Positions 9,924-18,000 of a stretch of DNA of 32,276 bases are shown in pieces. The DNA comes from a virus (Duplodnaviria > Caudoviricetes). Each line of letters starts with the position of its first letter. Position 1 is the first letter of the stretch. The notes under the pieces are model-generated. The model was not told the DNA's origin, searched no databases, and saw only the letters and a program-made list of their open reading frames with translations. Both the position numbers and the translations under genes were made by a program. The stretch is taken from the IMG/VR virus record IMGVR_UViG_3300012953_000111, positions 1-32,276 of that record; one strand, written 5' to 3'.

Positions 9924-11195
9924 ATGCAATCTATTTTTATTCAAATTGCGAGTTATCGTGATCCTGAGCTTATTCCTACTATAAAAGATATATTACAAAC
10001 AGCAGCACATCCTGAAAGACTAACTTTTGGCATCTGTCATCAGTATTCTCATGAGGACGTATGGGACGATTTAAGCGAGTTTAAAAACGATCCCAGGTTT
10101 AGTGTAAAGGAAGTGCCTTGGAATCAATCTGAAGGATTGTGCTGGGCTAGAATGCATACACAAAAAATGTGGAAAGGTGAGTATTGGACATTGCAACTTG
10201 ACTCTCATCACAGAATGGCTGACAATTGGGATGTTGAACTAATTAATATGGCCGTACAAACTCAATCAGAAAAACCTATATTAACTAGTTACGCTGGATC
10301 GTATGATCCTGAGACTAATACCAAACACAATGTTGAGCCCTACCGTATGGTAGCTAAAAGTTTTACTGAGTATGGAACTATAGTGTTTGCCCCTGAAGGT
10401 TTTATAGAGTGGAAAGATATAAACAAACCTTTTCCGGCTCGTTTTGTTTCGGGTCATTATTTTTTTACTAAAGGCATACATTGCCAAGAGTATAATTATG
10501 ATCCTCATTTATATTTTCAAGGAGATGAAATCTCATTAGCAGTAAGGTCTTACACTTTGGGGTATGATTTATTTCATCCACACCGAACAGTGGTATGGCA
10601 TGAGTATACTAGAAAAAATCGAGTAAAACATTGGGATGATTTTACAGAATCTAATAAAAAACAAATAAAAAAAACTTGGCTTGACTCCGATGCCGTTTCT
10701 AAATCTAGACTACGTCAACTATTACAAATGGAAGACAATGGGTTTGACTTAAAACAATACGGTTTAGGAACAGTACGTTCTTTACAAGACTACGAAGAGT
10801 ATGCTGGTATTGATTTTAAATTAAAAAAGCTACATCCTGATACTCTACAAGGTGTCAACCCTCCCCTGTTTAACCCTCAGGATCAGAGCTGGAAGCATAT
10901 AGTAATTCAAAATTATAGCGGGCAAGTTTCCTGGGCAGACAATTGGCAAAGCATTACACAGCTTTTAGGGTGTACATGTAAGCTTCAATTTATAATGATA
11001 GCTATAGAAGATAAAGAAGGGAGACTTCTTTTTCGTGAAGATTTAAATGCTCCTGAATTTTTAAATGGCTCAATTAAATCATTTAACTACAGTTTTGGTT
11101 CTGCATCAGAACCTATACTAGCAATTGTTTGGCCATACACCACTGAACAACAATGGGTTCATCGTATTAACCTACATTTAAAAGATCAAAATTAA
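9924..11195 (+). CDS. GT60-family glycosyltransferase (Skp1/polypeptide GlcNAc-transferase-like, Pfam 'GlcNAc' type)
   Basis: 423 aa. Diagnostic motifs 'IFIQIASYRDPEL', 'GLCWAR', 'LQLDSHHR..NWD', 'YDPHLYFQGDEISLAVRSYTLGYDLFHP' and 'VWHEY', plus an extra ~95-aa C-terminal domain. Confidence 0.85.
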   Translation: MQSIFIQIASYRDPELIPTIKDILQTAAHPERLTFGICHQYSHEDVWDDLSEFKNDPRFSVKEVPWNQSEGLCWARMHTQKMWKGEYWTLQLDSHHRMADNWDVELINMAVQTQSEKPILTSYAGSYDPETNTKHNVEPYRMVAKSFTEYGTIVFAPEGFIEWKDINKPFPARFVSGHYFFTKGIHCQEYNYDPHLYFQGDEISLAVRSYTLGYDLFHPHRTVVWHEYTRKNRVKHWDDFTESNKKQIKKTWLDSDAVSKSRLRQLLQMEDNGFDLKQYGLGTVRSLQDYEEYAGIDFKLKKLHPDTLQGVNPPLFNPQDQSWKHIVIQNYSGQVSWADNWQSITQLLGCTCKLQFIMIAIEDKEGRLLFREDLNAPEFLNGSIKSFNYSFGSASEPILAIVWPYTTEQQWVHRINLHLKDQN

Positions 11196-11208
11196 ATTTG
11201 TAATTTTG
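11193..11208 (+). promoter_or_regulatory. tandem Bacteroidota-type -7 elements
   Basis: TAAATTTG followed directly by TAATTTTG upstream of ATG 11229. Confidence 0.5.
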
Positions 11209-11228
11209 TATTTATAAAATAAATTATT

Positions 11229-12023
11229 ATGCCAGATTATACTTTAACATTTAGCGAGACTTCAAAAGGGTGGCCATCATTTTATTCATACATGCCAGAG
11301 TATATGGTGGGTATGAATAATTATTTTTACAGTTTTTCAGGAGGTAATATTTACCAACACAATACAAATCCTGTAAGAAACAATTACTATGGAGTACAAA
11401 GCTATTCAGAAATTACTAGTGTTTTTAATGAGGAACCAGTAATTAACAAGGTCTTTAAAACTATTAACTTAGAGTCTGATGCCTCCTGGAGCGCAACTGT
11501 TGAAACGGACTTACCAAACCAAGGTTTTATAAACAGTGAGTGGTTCGAACAAAAAGAAGGAGATTGGTTTGCTTTTATTAGGTCATCAGGTGCAACACCA
11601 GCAGAGGTTGGAGAATATGCATTACGATCAATGAATGGAATAGCGCAAAGCACATCTGTGACTGGCACCGCTGCGGCACCAATAATTAATTTTAACAACA
11701 GTGTTGCGCTTGGAAGCATTGTAAGTATAGGCGATTTGCTTTACTCAGCTGCTCCTCCTTACACGTCTCCAGCATTAGCAGGTAAAATTACAGCTATAGA
11801 AAGTGATATTGCTAACAATATTAATAGGATAACAACTGATGCTACTATAACAGGAGCTGCGGCACCCGCCACACAAGATGGGTTCATACTGTATATAAAA
11901 AATCAAAATGCTGAGTCTCATGGAGTACTTGGTCATTATATGAAATTTGTTTTACAAAATCAAAATACAACTGCTACAGAGCTCTTTGCTGTGGAGTCAG
12001 AAGTAATGAAAAGCAATCCTTAA
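11229..12023 (+). CDS. C-terminal part of the tail nozzle/stabilization protein, encoded separately
   Basis: 264 aa. 'TLTFSETSKGWPSFYSYMPE', 'NNYYGVQ..S.ITSVFNEEP..NKVFKTINLES', 'KEGDWF' and 'GHYMKFVL..ELFAVESEV..S' are the motifs that normally end this protein family. Confidence 0.75.
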   Translation: MPDYTLTFSETSKGWPSFYSYMPEYMVGMNNYFYSFSGGNIYQHNTNPVRNNYYGVQSYSEITSVFNEEPVINKVFKTINLESDASWSATVETDLPNQGFINSEWFEQKEGDWFAFIRSSGATPAEVGEYALRSMNGIAQSTSVTGTAAAPIINFNNSVALGSIVSIGDLLYSAAPPYTSPALAGKITAIESDIANNINRITTDATITGAAAPATQDGFILYIKNQNAESHGVLGHYMKFVLQNQNTTATELFAVESEVMKSNP

Positions 12024-12030
12024 AAATTAG

Positions 12031-12038
12031 TATCTTTG
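12031..12038 (+). promoter_or_regulatory. Bacteroidota-type -7 element
   Basis: TATCTTTG, identical to 438-445, in the gap before ATG 12046. Confidence 0.65.
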
Positions 12039-12045
12039 TTAATAA

Positions 12046-12456
12046 ATGGAATTTAATATAAGACCATTAAATGACACCGACTATGAAGAAGTTCTTGTAG
12101 GATGGTGGCGAGATTGGAAATGGACAGCACCAGTTCCTGCATTTTTACCAGACAATGGCAAAGGTGGTATAATGGTTTTAGATAAAGATACTCCTGTTTG
12201 CGCAGGATTTATATATATGACTAATTCACAAGTAGCTTGGGTTGATTGGATTATATCTAATAAAGATTATAAAAAAAGACCTCAACGCCAAGACGCTTTG
12301 ACATTGCTCATTAAGACATTAACAAAAATCTGCAAAGATAGCGGGAAAAAATTCAGCTATGCTTTATTAAAAAATAAAAGTTTGATTAAGACATATGAAA
12401 ATCTAGGATATACCGCAGCAGATAACTACTCACAAGAAATGATAAAACTATTATAA
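12046..12456 (+). CDS. GNAT-fold-like protein (positional analogue of T7 gp13)
   Basis: 136 aa. N-terminal 'IRPLNDTDYEEV' and C-terminal 'LIKTYENLGY' are GNAT-like. It sits between the nozzle and the internal virion proteins. Confidence 0.55.
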   Translation: MEFNIRPLNDTDYEEVLVGWWRDWKWTAPVPAFLPDNGKGGIMVLDKDTPVCAGFIYMTNSQVAWVDWIISNKDYKKRPQRQDALTLLIKTLTKICKDSGKKFSYALLKNKSLIKTYENLGYTAADNYSQEMIKLL

Positions 12457-12457
12457 T

Positions 12458-13150
12458 ATGGCAGCAGCAACAGCAATCATAGGTACAGCATTATCGGTAG
12501 GGGGCGCAGGAATGAACTTTGCCCAAGCCGCTAAACAAGATAAATTAAAACAACAAGCAGAACGTGATGCCGAAAAAGCAATGAAAGCTGCTAGAGCTCG
12601 GTTAGAAGAAAATTTCTATGAAGGTTTAGATATAAACTTAAAATCTTTTGATCAAGAACGAGACGCTTTAGCAGGCATATCCCAACAAGTTTTACAAGCA
12701 GGTCAAGAATCTGATAGAGGAGCTGCAGCAGTTGCTGGCAATGTTTTATTAGCTTCACAAAAAGCTGAGCAATCAATAACTGACAGGCAAATAGATGCAC
12801 TTGAAAATTTAGAAATGAAAGTTGCTGCTGAAGAGTCTAGGCTTAGAGACCAAAAAGTTGACTTAGATTTAGGAGAAGTGGAGGGAGCACAAGCAGCTGC
12901 AGCTGAGGCTGATATAAATAAAGCGGCTAACATTTCGGCTGGATTGCAAGGTTTAGGATCAGCAGCGACAGGGTTATTTGAAGGTTCTGAGTTGTATGGA
13001 AAAAGTAAAGACGTTAAAAATTTAGATAAGATCAGAAGACAAGCTGGAAGAGCAGAGAGAAGATATAACATAGCTGAAGGTTTTCAAGAAGGAACGGATG
13101 TAGGTAATTTTTTTCGTGGAGTTACAGGTTTATTTGGGGGAGGTAATTAA
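12458..13150 (+). CDS. internal virion/ejection protein (small)
   Basis: 230 aa. Gly/Ala-rich hydrophobic N-terminus, Ala/Gln coiled-coil core and Gly-rich C-terminus. Position is typical of podovirus ejection proteins. Confidence 0.6.
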   Translation: MAAATAIIGTALSVGGAGMNFAQAAKQDKLKQQAERDAEKAMKAARARLEENFYEGLDINLKSFDQERDALAGISQQVLQAGQESDRGAAAVAGNVLLASQKAEQSITDRQIDALENLEMKVAAEESRLRDQKVDLDLGEVEGAQAAAAEADINKAANISAGLQGLGSAATGLFEGSELYGKSKDVKNLDKIRRQAGRAERRYNIAEGFQEGTDVGNFFRGVTGLFGGGN

Positions 13151-13160
13151 AAAATAAATA

Positions 13161-15050
13161 ATGGCAACGTATTATAAGTATAAATCTAGAGAAGGTAAAG
13201 ATCAAATAGACTGGCGGGGAATTACTCAGAACATTACAGAGGATATAACTAGAATAGCTGATGATCGAGAAAAACAAAGACAACAAATTGACAGCGATGT
13301 TTTAACTAATTTAGAAAATATAGCCAATAAACCTCAAGGGGCTTATACTAAAGAAAATGAACGTATTGCTAACTACGCCGAGCAAGCTTCAGCTATAGCA
13401 TTGTCTAATCAAAAACTTTTAAAATCTGGTGCAATAAATTTAAAAGAGTACACCGCTAGAACTAATACGGCAGGATCTTCAACTAAAAAGTTGTTTACAT
13501 TATCTAAACAATACCAGGCAAATTATGAGGATGGAATGAAAAGACTTCAATCTGTTGATGGGAAACCCCCAGTTGGTAGTACTATTGAAGCAATGTTGAT
13601 GGGATCTGTAGAAAGATTTGGTCCTCCTGGATCGACCGATTATTATATTGACCCTATCACCGGTGAAGCTTTTTTAGCGTCAACGATAGCTGAAGGAGAC
13701 CCTAATAGTTATAGTAACACAAGAAAAATAGGGGGAGTCAATAAAGCATTAATGAGTGTTGGAACAGCTGAGGGGATCATAAATAGAAAAGTAGATCGTT
13801 ATCAATCTGACGCTACAGCTACTCGTCTTGCTAAAGATCTTGGTACTGAAATAAAAGTTTTGCAAGACACAGATCCAAACATTAAAACTAAGGAAGATGC
13901 ATTTGCCAGAATGTTTACTACCGACGAAGAGGGAAAAGAAATTTTAAGTGACTTTGGTAAGGCCGTTAATAAATCTATCGAGTCTTCTATGGTTACCGAC
14001 ATGTCTAAAGCTAGTATGCTTATAGACACTATGGGTGCCGATGGCTACTTTATGTATGCTAAAAACGAAGACGGTAGTTTTACAAACATTGCTACCAATG
14101 AAAGAATGGATAAAATTGATGATCCTGAAAAAGCTATTGAAATGTATATTGATAATAGTGGAGCTTATCAGCCAAAGTTAACTGAAAGTCAAAAGAAAGC
14201 TGCTATAGATGGAGTTCGTGATATGATCAGAACAAAGCTTGATATTAAAGAGACAGCTGGAGAAACTGATTCTGTAAGAAGAGCAAGAGAAAGTAAACTA
14301 AATGAAGATAAAAGAACTAAAGGTAAACAAGATGATACAGCAGTAACTAATTTATCTAAACTTTTTTATGGAAATGAAGTAGACGCAAGTTCAGCCGCTA
14401 ACTTTATTAGAGGCTTGGCTAATAATTCAGATTTAAGAATTGAATTAGCAGGTGATGAAATGATAATTCAAAGAGTACAAGAGGATGGAAGTGTAGCTGA
14501 GACAGGAAGAATTTCAAAAAAAGGAGGGCTTCGAAATTTTATTGAAAGCTCTATAACTTTATTGGGTGTTCCTATTAATAATATTAATGATGCATTATCT
14601 AGATCAGGTGTCTTAAAAGATGAAAAAGGTCAAGATTTTCAGCCTAACCTTATTAATTTAATTTCAGAAACTAAAATTAATAAAGCCCCTACGACGGTAG
14701 AAAAAATAAGTAAAATGATAAATTCAGATATTGACGCTATTAATATTACTGCTGCTCAAGCAAAAAACGAGGAAGCTTTAGCAGAAATTTTATCTTCTGC
14801 TCTGGGTAAATATAATGTTCAAGTTACAGAAGAAACCTTTAATAGAGATGTAATTGGTTTAAAGCTTCCTACGGGGGAATTATTAACGGTGGATTTAAAA
14901 GAAGCAACCCCTGAAGACATAAAGGAAACTATTAAAACATTAATTCTTGGAGACGTAAATAAAGATACTTTACTAAAATATAAAGGTCAATTAGAGGGCG
15001 ACAAAGAACCAACACCAGGAGGTTCTCCAACTGGAGGTAATGCTAGATAA
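13161..15050 (+). CDS. internal virion/ejection protein (medium)
   Basis: 629 aa, charged, likely helical and Cys-free. Lies between the small and giant internal proteins. Confidence 0.55.
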   Translation: MATYYKYKSREGKDQIDWRGITQNITEDITRIADDREKQRQQIDSDVLTNLENIANKPQGAYTKENERIANYAEQASAIALSNQKLLKSGAINLKEYTARTNTAGSSTKKLFTLSKQYQANYEDGMKRLQSVDGKPPVGSTIEAMLMGSVERFGPPGSTDYYIDPITGEAFLASTIAEGDPNSYSNTRKIGGVNKALMSVGTAEGIINRKVDRYQSDATATRLAKDLGTEIKVLQDTDPNIKTKEDAFARMFTTDEEGKEILSDFGKAVNKSIESSMVTDMSKASMLIDTMGADGYFMYAKNEDGSFTNIATNERMDKIDDPEKAIEMYIDNSGAYQPKLTESQKKAAIDGVRDMIRTKLDIKETAGETDSVRRARESKLNEDKRTKGKQDDTAVTNLSKLFYGNEVDASSAANFIRGLANNSDLRIELAGDEMIIQRVQEDGSVAETGRISKKGGLRNFIESSITLLGVPINNINDALSRSGVLKDEKGQDFQPNLINLISETKINKAPTTVEKISKMINSDIDAINITAAQAKNEEALAEILSSALGKYNVQVTEETFNRDVIGLKLPTGELLTVDLKEATPEDIKETIKTLILGDVNKDTLLKYKGQLEGDKEPTPGGSPTGGNAR

Positions 15051-15061
15051 AAAAAGTAAAA

Positions 15062-18000
15062 ATGGATGAACAATTATTAAAAGATCTTTTAGCTACTGCT
15101 GAGGCTAATCAATATAATTGGGAATTAATAATGCCAAAGTTTCCAGAACTTGCTGATGTAGATCTTCAGCTTTTAAAAGATTATGCTGAAACAGCAAAGC
15201 AAAGAGACTATGATTATGAAGTTATAAACCCTTTGTTTCCAGAACTCTTTTCTGAAGAACCTTTAAAAAAAAAAGAAGATATGGAATCAAATGTGGTCGA
15301 TGGTTTATCGGTGCCACTTACAACCACGCCTTCTAATAACATCGACACGGAAGTTTCCGCAATGGACAAAGGTCTTGAAGTTGAACCTAGCGAAACCTCA
15401 CAGTCTACTATTTCTCCTTTAGTAAAAGAACCTGAATTTAACGATGTCGTTACTCCTGAATTAATGACTTATGAAGAGGAATATGTTGTTCCATTATTAA
15501 AGTATCAATATGAAGATCAAGGTTTTACTTTTGAGGAGTCTGGCGCATTTGGTGATGAGATGAAGGTGACAGCTAATAATGGCGAAACCTTAAATGTAGA
15601 CTTGGATGTATTTACTAATGCTGCTAAAGTTAATGAAGCTAATTCTTTAAATGAGTTTATTAAAAAAAATAAAACTCAAAAAGGATTAAATCAAATGGAG
15701 TCTGACTATATATCTTCTAAACAAAAATTTAATGAAGAAGTAGAAATAGACAATGCTATTAAAAAAATTGGAGAACAAACAGTAGAATACGCTAAAGAAG
15801 TACAAGGATATTTAGCAAACAAAGCTCAATTAGACGAAGAACTAAATGCTATAGCAAGTCTAAGTGCAGAGCAAAGAAATCAAAAAAGCGTAGAGATAAA
15901 ACAATTAATGGAACGAGTTACTGATCTTCGGTCCACTAAAAATAAATTAATTCAAAATCAATCATTACTAGTAAACAATGAGAAAAATTTAAAAATTGCT
16001 GCAGGTAAATATTTTGATATGTTAACCGAACAAGGGACTGTTGGAGGTGCAAGTTATAATGCGTTTTTAAAAGGAACAGGAAGGATAGCTGCTGGAGCAA
16101 CCAGCTATGGAATAGACGCATTAGTTGCAACTCTTCCCTTTGCTGGAATGAATCCCGTAGAGTACCGACAGATGTTTGTAGATTTAGCCAAAGAAAAAGG
16201 ATTAAAGATTCCTGAGAACTTTGAAGACATGAGTGAAAAAGAATTAAAAGATTTTTTTTCAGAGGTCAGTAAGATAGAAGACTTAACTACGAAATCTACA
16301 ACTGGAAGAACCATTAAAGTAGGAGAAAAAGAAATAACCTTTGGTGATGAAATTGAAACTTTAATATATGATAAAGCAAAAAAGACTATTAAATTTACTG
16401 ACGATGTAGGTTTAGGTAAAGGGCAAGGACTATTGGAGGCTATAAGAAATGGTGCTGTAGAAGCGTTAGGAGACAAAGGCGTTTCTGAACAGTATGACCA
16501 GCTTATGAGGGAAGGCTTTTGGGGCGGTGCCTGGCTTGGGCTAATGGAGTCTATTCCTGCCATGATTGCACCAGGGGGAGCAGTTGGACTAGCGGCACGA
16601 ACGGCGATGATGTTCAGCCAGGTTTCAGATCACTATGATGAAGAGATGGATGGTAATCCAGAGTTTAAAGATATAACCGAAAACGAAAGAGCAGCCTTTA
16701 AGCTTCCAGTTGGTATTGTTATTGGAGCCTTAGAGGCTATAGGTGTACGAAACGCTTTACGCCAATCCCCTTTTTTAAATAAACTATTATTACGGATAGC
16801 AGGTAAAACCCCTAAGAATGTTACAGGCAAAACTTTTAATGATATAGTTCGTAATGAGATAGACAACATGTTAGCAAAAGGGACTTTAGTTGTTTCAGCA
16901 GCTGGACTTGCAGAGTTTGAAACAGGAGCTCTTCAAGAAATAGCAGATATTGGAGCTAAGAATGTTTATAATGCGTTTAAAGAAAAAGAGATGTTTGTGA
17001 CACCAGACAGTTTTTCTGAAGGTGTTAGTCAAGTTTTAGTGGCGGGAGCTCAAGAAGCTGTAGGCGGTTTTGTTATTGGAACACCAGGAGCTATAGTGGC
17101 CGCAGCTACAAAAAAAGACTTTACTCAAGTAGACGACGCTACTTTTAAAATGTTTGAAATATTAACTGAGCAGGATGACAGCTCTAAATTTACCTATACT
17201 GAATACAAAAATAAGATAGCGGATCCGGATAATAAAATGACTAAGGATGAAGCTAAAGCTGAGCTTGCTTTATTTGAACAAGTTCAAGGGTTAGCAAAAC
17301 AAATACCTACCGATTTATCTACTGAACAAAAGAAAAAAGCATTAGGATTAATGCTAAATAAAAAAGAATTAGAAAATTCTAAAGAAGGAAAAGATCCAAG
17401 CTTAACAAAAAACATTGATCAAAAAATACAAGATATTAACAACCAGTTAGATACTATATTTTTTACCAAAGAAGCTGACGCAGTTGCCGAAGCCATTCCA
17501 GATATGGAACAAAAAGATGATACAGTGGTTGTGCAAGAAGACATTACTGAGGAACAAAAAGATATAGACTCATTCTTTGGTGAAGATGTTGAAGAGACAA
17601 CAGAAACAGTTGAGTCTAATTTAAGTATTAACAGATCGGGCGAGGTTGTTGAAAAATCTCCACAAAACATTTCAAGAGAAAACAGGGTTATAAATTTAGC
17701 TAAACTAGGTGCAAAAGCAATATCTAAAATACTTCCAAACACTAGAATAATATTACACGAATCTAATAAAGAGTTTGAAAAATATGCTACTCCTGGAGAC
17801 GCTGAAATTATCGGCAACATAATTCATATTAATCTTTCACGGGCTCCGGAAGTTACAGTGCCACATGAAATATTTCACGCTGTATTTTTAAATAAAATTA
17901 AAACTGATCCTCAAACAGCTGCAATTGCAGAAGTAATGATGAAGACGGTTAGAAAAACTTTATCAAATGACAGTGAACTTGCGCAAAGAATTGACAAGTA

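Noticed and set aside
9924-11195. Glycosyltransferase as a DNA-modifying enzyme (T4-type glucosyltransferase)
   Set aside because: The motifs are GT60/GT-A type, the gene sits among tail genes, and no base-hydroxylating or nucleotide-modifying genes occur in the window. It is not fully excluded, because the rest of the genome is unseen.
5855-11228. Insert as an intein, intron or mobile element
   Set aside because: No intein terminal motifs, homing endonuclease, transposase or terminal repeats were seen. The downstream half has its own start codon and promoter-like motif.
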